Of a stretch of 64,000 nucleotides of DNA, positions 1 through 13,144 are shown piece after piece. This DNA is from Hemiscyllium ocellatum. Lineage: Eukaryota. Within the stretch, counting starts at the first letter, position 1; the number at the start of each line of letters is the position of its first letter. Under the pieces are notes generated by a model. That model worked only from the letters and a program-made list of their open reading frames with translations, was not told the DNA's origin and did not search any database. The translations under genes were made by a program, and so were the position numbers. The DNA lies in the NCBI RefSeq assembly GCF_020745735.1, contig NC_083401.1:162926018-162990017 (forward strand), in the 5' to 3' direction.

Positions 1-2230
1 AAAGAAAGATGGTTAGGCAGGTGATGTGTTGCAGCTGTAACATGTGAGAGCTGGTGGATAGCAGTCTAATCCATGCTGACCACAGCTCCTGCCATCGAAG
101 GAACTTCACACCAACATTACTGAGTTGGAGTCTGAGCTATGGACACTGACACATCAGCGAGACGTGGAGAGACCTGGACGCTGATTCAGAAGACAATCAA
201 ACCCCTTGGATAAATTAGTCAAATTTGGACCATGGTCAGGAATAAGAGGTTATGACTATAAATGAGCACGGCATGGTGATCCAGAAATTAGCTTTGGAGG
301 AACCTCGGAAAGTGCACTTGTTTGAGAGGTTTGAGGTTTTTGCTGACAGAGTGGGTGAGGGCACAAGTTGTAGGACAGGTGAGTAAATTGACCAAGGACC
401 AAGCACCTAGCTCCAGAGCTGCTTTCAAGTGAATGGAGAAAACAGAAATGTAGTAATAAGGGTTATCATTGTTGGAAGAATATATATTGTTTTCTCTAGC
501 AAAAGCAGAAAATCCTGAAGGCTGTGTTACTTACTTGGTGCTGAGTTTCGGGTTATCTCCTTTTGCGCTGGAGAGGAACTTGCTGCAGGAGCGGAAGGTC
601 TCGTTGTTGTGGTCAAGGAAGGTGCCAACAACATGGGTTGGACCAGGAAAGAAATTCTGCTGAGGGATTGCAAGGAGCTAAGGCAGAATGACAATGGTAA
701 TACGATCTAGATTATTATCTGCACCAAATGCAAATTGGCAAAGAGCAAATAAGATTTGAGAGCTAACTGCATGGCTCAATGATTGGTAGGGAGCAGTATC
801 ACCAGTACTATGGAAAGGATTTTGGTTGAGGTAGTAATCACAATATGGTAGAATTTCAAATTCAGTGGGAGAGCAATTTGGGTGACAAAGCCGTGTCCTT
901 AAATTAGAAAGGGTAATTAGCGAGGTGTGAAGAAAGAGTTGAATAAACTGGTTTGGGAAAATGAACCAAAGGGCTAGCTAGTGATTAATCAGTGGCAGCT
1001 ATTTCAGCTGATATTTCATAACGCTCAACAACGAATTATTCCAGTCAAAAAGAATGACTCGATAAGCAGGTCAAACCACCCATGGTTAACAAAGCAGAGT
1101 AATGAATCGAAAACAAAGGCATGCGATGGACAAAATTCATTATGAAAGTAAATTAGCAGGAAACATGAAGACAAACAGCAAGAGCTTCTAAGGGGTAAAA
1201 AGAAAGAGAGAAGCTAAAGAAAGTGTGGAAGCCCTGGAGGATGCAACTGGAGAATTAACATTGAGGAACAGGGAAATGGCAGCTAATTTAAAAAAAACTA
1301 CTTTGCATTAGTCCCCATAGTGAAGACAAAGATAATGTATCCAAATTTGCTGGTGTAAAAATAGATACAGAGCATGTTGTAATGAAGACCATGGAGTCTT
1401 CAAGGGGATACAGATAGAGTGAACGGGAAAATGTTTGAGAGATTAAGTTTAATGTAGGAAAGTGTGAGACCATGTACTTTGGTAGGAAGAATAAAAGGTC
1501 AGACTATCATTTAAATGGAGAGAAATTCCAAAAATGTGCAGTGTGGTGGGATCTGGGTACTCTTGACCATCAATCACCAAAACCATGCAGTTACACCAAA
1601 TAATTATGAAGGTCAATGGAATATTGGCCTTTATTGTTGGAGTGTAAAAGTCTACATGATGTTGTTACAAGTGTACATGATGTTGGTGAGGCCTCATCTG
1701 GAGTACTGCATATAGATCTTAAGATCCTTAAGTATATCCTTAAGAAAGGACATTCTGGCAGTTTTTTTTTCTAAACTCACCAGCTGAACTTGTGAGGAAA
1801 GGCTTGACTGTTCAAGAACAGCCGAGCAGGTTTTTATTCATGAGAGTTCAGAAGAATCGGGGGTGATGTATTGAAACATGCAAGGTTCTGTTGGGTTTTG
1901 ACAGATAGATGTTGAGAAATTGTTTGCACTGGTGGGGGACACAGGGAACATACTTACAGAATAAGGAGACGCTTAGTAAAAACTGAGACACATTGGAATA
2001 ACTTTTGTGATGGTCAGATTTTCAACCCATGAAAATTGTGGAGACTAGATCACTGACTTTAAAGAGGAGGTCGATAGATTTTTGGAGTAGTTTTGAGATG
2101 AAGGCTACAAGAACCTGGCAACAAAGAGGAGCTGAGGCCTGCAGCTAATCAACTATATACTTATTAAACAGTGGGAAAGACTTGAGGGGCCAAATGACCA
2201 TACTCGTTCCCCCATTTCTTCCATTCTTAC
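1..2230 (+). mobile_element. Old, internally deleted CR1-type LINE (ORF1 remnant, ORF2 pieces and 3' UTR)
   Basis: VMCCSCNM-like ORF1 start near 20-50; KFNVGKCE at ~1445; LVRPHLEYCI at ~1683-1712; CR1-like 3' end near 2130-2230. Many stops and frameshifts. Confidence 0.7.
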
Positions 2231-2424
2231 ACTCGAGTGATACTTGAACATTACATACACTGAAGTATTTAACTCCACAATCTCAGTATATTCTTTAAAT
2301 TTCAACAGACCAGAAGACACAGGAGCAGAAGTAGACCATTCAGCCCCATTGAGTCTGCCTCACTGTTCAATGCGATCATGACTGATTTGATAACCTTCAA
2401 CTCCACTTTCCTTGGTGACACTTA

Positions 2425-3660
2425 GAGTCACAGAGATGTACAGCACAGAAACAGACATTTCGGTCCAATTATCCATGCCGACCAGATAGCCTCACCTAAT
2501 CAAGTCCCACCTGCCAGCACTCGGTCCACATCCCTCTAAACCCTTCCTGTTCATATACCCATCCAGATGCCTTTTAAATGTTGTAATTGTACCAGACTCC
2601 ACCACTTCCTTTGGCAGCTCATTCCATACATGCACCACCTTCTGCATGAAAAGGTGACCCCTTAGGTCCTTTTTATATCTTTCCCCTCTCACCCTAAACT
2701 TATGCCCTCTAATTCTGGACCCCCCCCCACCCGAGGGAAAAGACTTTGTCTATTTAGCCTATCCATGCCCCTCATAATTTTGTAAACCTCTATAAGGTCA
2801 CCCCTCAACCTCTGACCTCCAGGGAAAACAGTCCCTATAGCTCAAATCCTCCAACCCTGGCAACATCCTTGTAAAGCTTTTCTGAACCTTTTCAAGTTTC
2901 ACAACATCTATCCGATAGGGAGACCAGAATTGCATGCAATGTTCCAAAAGTGGCCTAACTGATGTCCTGTACAGCTGCCACATTACCTCCCAGCTCCTGT
3001 ACTCAATACTCTGACCAGTAAAGGAAAGCATACCAAACATCATCTTCACTATCCTATCTATCTGCAACTCCACTTTCAAGGAGCTATGAACCTGCACTCC
3101 AAGGTCTCTTTGTTCAGCAACACTCCCTGGGACCTTACCATTAAATGTATAAGTCCTGCTCAGATTTGCTTTTCCAAAATGCAGCACCTCACATTTATCT
3201 AAATTAAATTCCATCTGCCACTTCTCAGCCCATTGGCCCATCTCATTAAGATCCCGTTGTACTCTGAGGTAATCTTCTTTGCTGTCCACTACAGCTCCAA
3301 TTTTGGTGTCATCTGAAAACTTACTAACTGCACCTCCTTTGTTCACATCCAAATCACTTATGTAAATGATGAAAAGCAGTGGACCCAGCACCAATCCATG
3401 TGGCATTCCGCTGGTCACAGGCCTCCAGTCTGAAAAGCAATCCTACACCATGTTTGAGCCAGTTCTGTTTCCAAATGGCTAGTTCTCCCTGTATTCAGTG
3501 AGATCTAACCTTGCTAACATGGGGAGCCTTGCCAAAAGCCTTACTGAAGTCCATATAGATTACGTCTACCGCTCTGCCCTCATCCTCTTTGTTGCTTCTT
3601 CGTAAAGCTCAATCAAGTTTGTGAGACATGATTTCCCAGCATGCTGACTATCCCTTGTCA
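2425..3660 (-). mobile_element. HER1/CR1 LINE 3' portion (RT and 3' UTR), nested in an older minus-strand CR1 (2315-2410 plus 3660-4450)
   Basis: ORF 2798-3418: TSGMPHGLVLGPLLF...KFSDDTKIG...RPLLEHCMQFWSP. ORF 2492-2692 is the CR1 C-terminus. The 3' tail is at 2425. Confidence 0.93.
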
Positions 3661-4119
3661 GACTTATTTCTCTTACTGATTAAAAATCTGTCTATCTCAG
3701 TTTTGAATATACAATAAGTTAGCATCCACAATCTTCTGCAGTAAAGAATCTCACAGATTCACTGCCCTCAGAGAAGTCCCTCCTCGTTTTCATTTTAAAT
3801 TATTAGCCCTTATTCTGAGATTATGCCCTCTGCACCAAGACTCTCCTTGAAGGGAAAACAACCTTTTTGCATCTAAATGTCAAATTCCTGTAGACTCTTG
3901 AATGTGTTAGTCTCTAGATCCAAATGGTTCTGTAGCGATAGCAGATGTATTTATTTCCTCTTCTCTTTCGCCCCTCCATTACTCAGTAAGTTTGGAATGC
4001 TATTAGTGTCTTCTAATGTGAAGACTGATGCAAAATATTTATTAAATTCCAATGCCATTTCCCAGTTCCCTATTATTATTTCCCCAGCCTCATCCTCTAA
4101 GGGGCCTAGTTTCACTTTT

Positions 4120-4413
4120 TGTGAAAGTGAGGTCTGCAGATGCTGGAGATCAGAGTCGAGAGTGTGGGGCTGGAAAAGCACAGCAGGTCAGGCAGCATCC
4201 GAGGAGCAGGAAAATCTGCGTTTCGGGCATAAGCCCTTCATCAGGAATGAGGCTGGTCGGCCGGAGGGCTGAGAGATAAATGGGAGGGGAGTGTTCAGCC
4301 CTCCGGCCCACCAGCCTCATTCCTGATGAAGGGCATATGCCCGAAACGTCGATTTTCCTGCTCCTCAGTTGCTGCTTGACTTGCTGTGTTTTTCCAGCAC
4401 CACACACTCGAAT
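4120..4413. mobile_element. Penelope family A fold-back mini-element with two opposed hammerhead cores
   Basis: Inverted arms ~4156-4272 and ~4296-4411. The + strand core is CTGATGA(4323)-AGGGCATATGCCC-GAAACGTC(4350); the minus-strand core has a mutated cleavage triplet. Duplication cta(g/a)tttcactttt at 4106-4119 and 4414-4427. Confidence 0.85.
4319..4353 (+). ncRNA. Minimal type I hammerhead ribozyme motif (intact core, GUC cleavage triplet)
   Basis: CUGAUGA, A, stem II GGGCA/UGCCC, GAAAC-GUC. Stem III is only the ACGU palindrome, as in dimer-dependent Penelope hammerheads. Activity untested. Confidence 0.7.
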
Positions 4414-6322
4414 CTAATTTCACTTTTGCCTGTCTCTTTCTTTGTATATATATTTAAAACTTGTATACACAGTTTGTGCATCAGATCATTGACAAAGTTG
4501 CACTTTTGCAAACATAAAACTTTAATCTCTAAACAAGTTCTGGTTTCTATAGATTACATTATTTTTCCATCACTAGTGCCAATCCATTTTAATTCTGAAA
4601 ATAAATTATTGGACTGAAATTGTTCTGTGGAAAATGCACAAATTAGAATTATTAATAACAAGTGGATAGAGTGTAAGTTTCAGGAGTTCTCACCCTGTGA
4701 TTGGTGAAATGGTGAGAGGAAAGAGTTTTGCTAAAATAATATGAAATCTATTTTATGCCTTCTTACTGGCTGGGTCAAACAAACATGGGAAGACATGGTG
4801 TGGAGGATCACAAATAGAGAACAGAACTCATTTGATGTTATCCACTGTGACAGTGAACGGGTGAAAATTATTTAACTGTGAGAACGTCTTCCCTCCAGGT
4901 TTCCCTTCCTTCCCTCCTTTGCGGCAATGCTTAATGACTAGTCAGTAATGACCAAAGAGTTTTAGTTATTGCATTGCAAGATGAATGAAAACGTAGGTCA
5001 GATAAATTGTTCTTCACATGATTGAAACTGGCAAAACTAGTAAGCTGATTATTCAATAAAAAACAAAGATTTATTGGTAATTATATGTAACAAATTGTAT
5101 ATGGACAAGAGGATACAGATATTTCCCATTCTTCATTGTATCTTTCTGCAGCTAACAGGGTGAACTGGCAACCTTTTTCAAACTTGAGAGATGCTTAAAA
5201 GTAGCATGATGATGTTTCATCAGTTTTATTGCCCTTCCCTGGACATGTCGTCTCCTTGACAGCACAATAAAGATTTGGAACTTATCTTGCAGGGACCTAC
5301 AAGTGAAAACCTCCATACTGTTAATGAATATACTTCTTGAGCTCTGTGCCCCCTCTAATGTGCTACAATTGAGATTGCTCCCCATTGATAACTCAGTACC
5401 TGTATAAAGCTTGCTGTCATTGATTGTTCTCTAGAGAGCTCATGGTGTCAACTAGAAATATTATGTGTTGCAGGATATCAGTTATGTGACCCAATAGGTT
5501 AGATATTTTTATGAACTAAATGCTAATCAATATGGAAATTTTGGCATGTAATGTTAAGAAAGAATGTCAGTAATATATATTTACTTTATAGCTTCACCCC
5601 TTCGAGAAAATAGAGAAATGAATCCACAATTTTCCTCTTCTGAGCTCAGAAGCCTGTGAATTTATAGCTTATCATAACTATATCGGGCAGTAAACCATGA
5701 ACTGGCAAGCTCTCTTATTAGAATATGTACAAAATGTTTTGGTTGTTTATCGTTCTCTTCAAAGTGAAGCCGTCAGCTCTCCCTTCTTGCTGATCAGGGA
5801 TGGCTACCAGGAGAACCCTTGTGCCTGAGTGTAACATTTACTCAGTGCTGCTGCTTCCAGAGGAGTTTAGTTCCAAAAGCAGCAGTATTACATCATTAAC
5901 ATGTAAACAAAATCTGTGCTGTCACTTGCATCAGCACTGGGGATGGTAGCTGCAAATAGCAAATGATCCAGTGTTTATATAGTTCATGTTGAAACCAACA
6001 GGGAAATTGTCAAATTCAACTGCTCTTCAACATGTATTACACTGTAGTACAACTACTTATTATAGTGTGTGGTGTTCCTTTCAAGAGTAACATCCATTTC
6101 ACTGAAAACAATTGGATGTGAAATGCAAGTCTAGAAACTGACAGCTCAGAAAACTGCAAACATGTTATTATCATTCCGAGCATTCATTAGTATTGACATT
6201 CAACAAGCTGATGATCCTTTAGTTCATTTTTAAGGCGCGGCAGCATGGTATCTTATTTGGTTCCAGTGTTTACCGTGTCTTTAAGAAACTGTTTTGTTAA
6301 AACAGAACTGGATTAAAAAAAG

Positions 6323-6457
6323 AAACTGAAAGAACTGCAGATACTGGAAATCAAAACAAAACAGAAATTGCTGGAAAATCTCAGCAGACCTGGCACCAGC
6401 TGTGTAGAGAAACCAGAGTTAATGTTTTGAGTGCAATGACCTTTCTTGAGAACTTCA
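6323..6457 (-). mobile_element. Old Penelope terminus (family D); related copies at ~11225-11390 (fold-back, CTGAAGA core at 11346), ~12800-12925, ~26510-26612 and ~28065-28175
   Basis: Shared aagaactgcagat(g/a)ctggaaat...cagaaattgctggaaaa...cagcag...agagttaa(c/t)gttt pattern, ending at a decayed CTGAAGA...GAAAC motif. Confidence 0.6.
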
Positions 6458-6479
6458 GTAAAAAGAATAAAGGTAAAGT

Positions 6480-8981
6480 TGGTAAATTTCAGATCAACCT
6501 TCCAGCAGGTGAATGATAGTGTGTGATAACTTTATAATACAACGACCCAGAAGACATTATTGACTGTAATGGATTAAATGACCAGGAACAATATTGGCAT
6601 TGTCTGCAATATTGAGATTGTTTCAACACTGATCTTGAATTTTCTTCCTCATTTTACATTGTAATGGACTCTAACCAACCTACTTACTGTCCCGGAAGGA
6701 ATTACACTCTTTTGCTCCATAATTGGTAGCAAGGTCTGGAGGACTCTCGAAACATTCTGCTCAGAAACAGATAGTGGAGGTCAGTGCCAGAAGTCCATTC
6801 CCGAGGATCTGGACAGAAGTGAGCAACGTCATTGAATATGTTTTCAAATGTCTTACCAAAACGATTGCAACAGTATTATCAAACATCAATTTATCACACT
6901 CCTGTACCAATACTTTCTGTCAGTCAGGCCTCATACCTGTCACTGATGTGCTTGACCCTTGCATACCTTTCACTGCCATGAGCCTGGAACCTATGTTCCC
7001 AACTTGCATATTCTGCCAGCTATCCAACAGCCGTATCATGCAAACATATGGCAGGACACATACTGGCGTATTTGCCTTTATCTTGGTACAGACATTTATT
7101 GGAGGGGTAAAGCACAACTCTGTATTTTGAATCAATCAATAAAATGGTATTGGATATTATTAGAGCATCCATTGCTGAAGTAGTGGTCAGTGGAAGTACT
7201 GAAACCATCAAAGACAATGGTATCCTCACGTTTACTTCTCCTTGGATCCCATTTTCCCGTCACCACAGAGAAACGTCTGATTTGCAAGCTGCAGATGGCC
7301 TAAGCAAGTTTGGACACCTGAGATGTGTGCCCTGACCAGGCAGTGCAGGGATACCCAAGAAGATAGAGGTGATGAAGACCAGTCCCGTCCTTTGTAAGAT
7401 TTACTGTTTCATATTGCCTCCAGGAATTCAATACCCACTAAAGCTCAAAGCAACAGCTGCAACTCCAGCAACAGTACACTAACTGCCTGGTGGTTAGTTC
7501 TTTAATTATGAATGTATAGCATATGTTTAAAATAACATCACCACATAATTAGTGTGCAGTAGACTATTGCTAATGTCTCTGTTTTGCACTGGTGAGTAAC
7601 TCAGGGAGGGAAATGTTGTTTCAGCATCCCAGTGATCTGCTCAGTTGCATTGCATTTGGCAACATGGCTTTCATTCTGTGTATGTTACATGTGTGCATGG
7701 TTTGACCACTGAAATCATCAACTATATGTTTAGCAGATGAATCTTGGAGACACCAGCTACCAGTGAGTAATGGTGCTCAGGCAAGTGCAGATGGACCAGA
7801 AGGCTGCAGGAGAACTAAGGCATCATGACCACTGCCAGGATGTTTGGCATTGACCTGTACAATACTCTCTGTATGGGCACTCACCATCTACACAGTGAGG
7901 AAATGTATTTCAATTCAGTACAGGGTAGAATTGACATGCAGTGCCTGCAAAGTAATGCATATGCAGTCAGTGGCACCGTGCGCTGTGGGGGCGTGTGCAA
8001 ACCTAGCAACAAATCACATGGTTTGCCTACTGTTTGTCTCTGGCAAGGAAGAATGAAATTTAGCTAGCTCTTCATGAAAAGAAAGGCTCAATGATCTCTC
8101 TCAAACAAGAATTAATGGAAAGATATTGCAAGTATCTCCATCTCCAGCTAACCTAGGAACTACCTGCATAAAAGGTCATGACCACAGTCACCCTCATAAC
8201 CATTGACAGTGATGTGCTTGGTATGTTCTGGGGTTGCAGATGTAAATGCAGCACATTACAGATCTCAGTGAAGATGCCCCAACTGGAGCACAAATATTGT
8301 GTGCACAGTCCCTCAGTGATCAAGTGGAGAGTTGCTCCCTGAACATCCTGCATAAATATATCCTTCTGCTGAGAGTACTACTCCCCTCTCTCCCCCACCC
8401 CTTAAAAGCAATGCTTGGCAATATATCCATGCTGATGAGCCATTGCATTGTGTACAACTTTTAAAATCAGGGATCTCCTTAAATATGTCACACCATTTCC
8501 TGTCAACTTTAATCTTTCAAAAACTATAAAAAGCACATGTTATAAAATGACAAACAGCCAGAAGAAATGAATCAGCAGCCAACTTCTAGGTAGTTGATGA
8601 CCCCTTGAGTTAACACATTGGAATATCTTTTGTTGCTGCTTAGCAGTTGTTCATTTGTTAAAGAGGAGCCATTGGCTAATGCATTGAGCTCTAAAAGGAC
8701 ATCTCTGGTGTCAAATAAACAGAAGAAGAAGACTGACATTACAACTGGTCTGCTCTACACACTTCAAGCAGCCATTCAGTGCCTCTAAAACATGGCTTTC
8801 AAACTGACATGCCTCAAATTTTGCCCATAATCCCCATTGCCACTTGGTACAGGGTACAATAAGCTATAATGCCCGACTGATGGTGCTGCCAATCTAAATT
8901 TCATGCCATTGGTGCTTTCAGAGTTCTAAGTATATGCATTTTCAAACTGATATTTTGTTTCACCCCACTGAAATTCCAATC
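6480..8981. mobile_element. Decayed PIF/Harbinger DNA transposon: Myb/SANT-like gene remnant (+, ~6700-6850) and HARBI1-type transposase remnant (-, ~7790-8400)
   Basis: The minus strand gives TEICNVLHLHLQPQNIPSTSLSMVMRVTVVMTFYAGSS, GATDC and VQVNAKHPGSGHDA, matching HARBI1 motifs (V.AL.FYA.GS, GAIDCTH, ARYPGS.HD). The plus strand gives QIVEVSARSPFPRIW, resembling Myb/SANT helix 2-3. Outer limits rest on weak TIR-like matches and are uncertain. Confidence 0.7.
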
Positions 8982-9200
8982 TTTGTGCCAATGCATTTTT
9001 GTACTAAGACTGTGCAAATTTTATTGCATCAGTAATTGCCTTGGATTATAACTTGAGCAAAGTATTGAAATTAAGATATCAGGTGAAAGTCTAATTTAAA
9101 CTTCCGTAATTATCTTTTTATTGCTGCAGCTATTGTAGAACTGACTCTATCACTTTAATATCTCCTGAGATACTATGAGGACTGAATTATGATTAACTGT

Positions 9201-9505
9201 GGGCGGCACGGTGTTACAGTGGTTAGCACTGCTGCCTCACAGTGCCAGAGACCCGGGTTCAATTCCGCCTCAGGCAACTGACTGTGTGGAGTTTGCACGT
9301 TCTCCCCGTGTCTGCGTGGGTTTCCTCCAGGTGCTCCAGTTTCCTCCCACTGTCCAAAGATGTGCGGGTCAGGTGAATTGGCCATGCTAAATTGCCTGTA
9401 GTGCTAGGAGTAAATGTAGGCGTATGGGTGGGTTGCGCTTTGGCGGGTCGGTGTGGACTTGTTGGGCTGAAGGGCCTGTTTGCACACTGTAAGTAATCTA
9501 ATCTA
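9201..9505 (+). mobile_element. HE1-type tRNA-derived V-SINE
   Basis: A box (tgttacagtgg), B box (ggttcaattcc), V-domain tgtgtggagtttgcacgttctccccgtgtctgcgtggg, CR1-like 3' end and (aatct)n tail. Confidence 0.93.
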
Positions 9506-9819
9506 GAGAGATCTTGGGAAAAAAAAACTGCTTTCATATTGCAGAAGCACTTCAGGGTGCAGTTCTGTAATAATAACAATATAGAACCTAAGATAACTTT
9601 ACAATGGGGCACTGTTGCTTGAATCTTGTTAAATCAATCGTGACTGTAACCTTTTGCATCATCCCATTCACCCATCTTGATAAGCTGCACTGATACAACA
9701 TCAGTCCTGCCCGAAATATCGAATCTCCTGATCCTGTGATGCTGCCTGACCTGTTGTTTTTCCAGAGCCACACTTTATCAACTCTGACCTTCTGGATGTG
9801 GTACCAACCAAGTACTTCC

Positions 9820-10355
9820 ACGCTGGCCAGATAGCCTAAAGAAATCTCGTCCGCTTGCCAGCACCTGGTCTATATCCCTGTAAACCCTTCCTATTTATGT
9901 ACCCATCCAAATGCCTTCTAAGCGTTGCAATTGTACCAGTCTCCACCACTTCCTGCGGCAGCTCATTCCATACATGCACCACCTTCTGTGTGAAAAAGTT
10001 ACCCCAGGTCCCTTTTAAATCTTTCTCCTCTCACCTTAAACCTATACCCACTCATTTTGGACTTGCTCACCCCCAGGGAAAAGGTCTTGTCTATTTACCC
10101 TCTCCATGTCCCTACTGATTTTATAACCTCTATGAGGTCACCCCTCAGCCTCCAACGCTCCAGTGAAAATAGCATTTTCAGCCTCTCCTCATAGCTAAAA
10201 CCCTCCAAACCTGGCAACATCCTTCTAAATTTTTCCTGAATCCTTTAAAGTTTATAACATCTTTCCTATAACAGCGAGAAAGGAATTGCGCACAGCATTC
10301 CAAAAGTGGCCTAACCAACATCCTCTGAGCCGCAACATGACCTCCCAACTCCTAT
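9820..10355 (-). mobile_element. CR1/HER1 LINE 3' fragment
   Basis: Reverse complement of the CR1 ORF2 C-terminus and 3' UTR seen at 34475-34990. Confidence 0.88.
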
Positions 10356-11689
10356 GTATTATTTCAAATATTCGGCATCTGTAGTACTTTGCATTCATCT
10401 TATTCTTGTTGCAACCATAAACTGCTTCATAGCAGTTTGGTGAAATAGTTGCTGTTTAAAATTCCACAGATTTAAAATGTTTATTCCCTGATTTCCATAC
10501 AGCGGCAGAGTATGTGATGAACATTGTAGCAGCATCACTGAGGAGTCACTGTACAACTGAGACTGAGATTAATTATCACATCTCATTTATGGCAGCACAA
10601 AAAACTAACAACTTCAATTAAATGTGAGAGAGAAAGAATCTGCTTTAGTACTGAATCAATCTTAACACGCCTAATGAAACACCTTCTACATTGCGTTTGA
10701 GAGTAAAAAATCATTAGCTGTCTAGATTTGAGTTGAGTGAACAATTAACAACTACCTTTACCCTCTGTCCTTTAGAAGCAATTCACTTTTTAACCAGTAA
10801 TGTGCACATGTAAGAGAGGCTCACATTTTAAAGCAGAGTGGTTTATCTTAGCAGTGTTCACTAAGTTTCTAAATTTGGCTTTGTTCTTATAAGTGCCAGC
10901 TTAGTGACATCAGTTTCTCTTTTCAAAGCTTTTCATTTTTCACTTGCTTACACTTCAGAACTATTTCATTGGCTGTAAAGTACTTTTGAGTTGTATAGTG
11001 CTTTTCATGGCCACTGGACAAGTGGAAAAAAAATGTTGTATGAATTCAGAGGAGATGGATGTAAGATGCCTACATTTTTATGGTTAATGTAGGCTATTTG
11101 TTTTGTAAAGATTCGTGAACATGCAGTGCAGATCAGTATATCAATATATCTTGTAGGATATCTCATTACACTTAGAAATACAGGTTATATTGACATTTAT
11201 TGTCAACATTCTCCAATGCAAAAGTAAAACAAAGAACTGTGGGTGCTGGAAATCTGAAACAAAAGCAGAAGTTGCTTGAGAAACTTAGGCCTAGCAGCAT
11301 CTAGGGAGAGAACGCAGAGTTACCGTTTCAGATTATGGGTCTGTTCTGAAGAAGCGTCACTGGACTGGAAACATTAGCTTTGTTTTTACTTCACGTCATT
11401 CTCTGATGCAACCCACTTGATGGATTTTACACAAGTTCCAACCTCTTAGTTTAAGTATGGGGGAGAGGGGGAGGACCTTAGTCAGTGACCATTCTCTGTT
11501 GAGCCTTTGCACCAACTACCTCAGCATGAAATACACCTTGGATTGTGACAGTCTACAACACTCAGTCATTAAAAGCATTTGTACTGGAAGATGAGCAGGT
11601 TTTGGGAAGTCTAAAGAGTATCTTTCATTATCCTCCAGCAGCATTTGATGTTTCTTTTGATGTCAGTCATTGGGAAAATCCCAGAAAGC

Positions 11690-12100
11690 ATGGGTTCTGA
11701 ATGATAGAACTACTTCAATAACAACTGCTGCATTTCTTTCCTTTCTTTGAAGAAGTAAGTCATGGTCTCTTTTCTCCTACAGCTGCCTTGAGGGCATTGA
11801 GTGTTGGTGGTTACACTCTGGGTATGCCCAAAGTATCTGATGAGGAAGTCCTTCTCAGCCAAGCTACAATTTTGGGTGGGTTCATAATTATGGGGCTGAG
11901 GCATTTTGCTAAGTTGCCTTTAACAATCTACCCACCATCTCCCTTTTTCTGCAATGCTTCAAGGACACTGCTTGTGACCACTCTGTTTTCCATGAGAACA
12001 GGTGCAGCAAAACTCAGCGGAGTGTGGTCAGGCCCATCCTTTGCAACACTAGAGACAGAACCTTAGCAAAGCAGTGCAGTGACATTTGAGGTGACACTTA
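11690..12100 (-). mobile_element. L1/Tx1-clade LINE remnant (C-terminal zinc-knuckle region)
   Basis: Minus-strand TQCPQGSCRRKETMTYFFKE resembles the Tx1 CPR.GC...ET..H...EC motif; an LAWL-like segment precedes it. Confidence 0.5.
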
Positions 12101-12559
12101 ATTTAGATGTCGATCTAGCAAGCTGTATACCTGGACTTTCAAGCCTTGGTGTCCAGTGCCTAATAATCTAAACATTTATCTCTTGTTAGATTGCTCAATG
12201 ATCACTGGCAGGAAGATGACAACCTCATTTGCTGAGCTTAGCTACTACTTGGCAATTCTTCAGGGAGTCTGATGAGGAAGAGGTGGTGGAAGGATTGAGA
12301 TTTAATGAGTTATCTAGGAGCCTGACATTCTGAATGTATCCTGCGGGTGCTGAATAGTTTTTATTTCAATACCATAGTCTCAACACTGCTGATTTTTCAT
12401 GGTATTTGAAAAATTACTTATGCAGAAATGGTAGAACTTTTAATACAAATGTGTGGGCTGCAGTGCTTAAAGCTGCAGAATTGATCTTCTCGAACAACAG
12501 GCCCTGCAGTTTCATCGCAAGGCAGTTACTATATTCAGTTCACATCCATCTACATGGGA

Positions 12560-13142
12560 GGTCATCCTGAGCTGTGCTTCCTGTGACCAGTACCCTCTCT
12601 CGCTGATCTGCATTGAATCCTGGCTAAGCAAAATCTCAAACTTGAAATTCCCATCAGGCCACGAACCTCTAAATCTGTGGTACCTTCTGTAACTGTACAG
12701 CCCTCTGGCAAATCTGTCCTCCTCCAACTTGGGTCTTTTGAGCAGTCCCCATTTTAATTGCTCCGTCGTTGGTTGCCATGCTTTCCAAGTTCACTCAATA
12801 AAAACGGAAAGAACTGAGGAAGCTGTAAATCAGAAACCCGAAAGGTTGACTCTGATGTCTGTCCACAGATGCTGCCAGACCTGGTAAGCTCTCTTCCAAC
12901 AATTTCTATATTTGTTTCAACTTCACTTGCTTGAAGCTCTGGAATACTCTTGAAACTTCTCCATTTCTCAGTCTCTCTTTATTCCATTAAGATGCAACTC
13001 AAATCCTCTCACTTCAACTAACCTACTGATCAATCATGGCCTAATTTCTGTATAGCTTGGTGTCTCTCTTTTTTTAGTAATATTGTCCTGATTAATGCCT
13101 TGGGATATTATTAAATGGTGCTATATCAATGCAAGTTGTTGT
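12560..13142 (+). mobile_element. L2-type LINE 3' remnant, interrupted by a Penelope terminus
   Basis: P.LADLH.I-like coding remnant at ~12590-12650 and the L2-type end ggtgctatatcaatgcaagttgttg at ~13117-13141. Confidence 0.55.
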
Positions 13143-13144
13143 AT

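Noticed and set aside
9201-9275. tRNA gene at the SINE heads
   Set aside because: A/B boxes run directly into the V-domain and LINE tail with no complete cloverleaf; these are SINEs.
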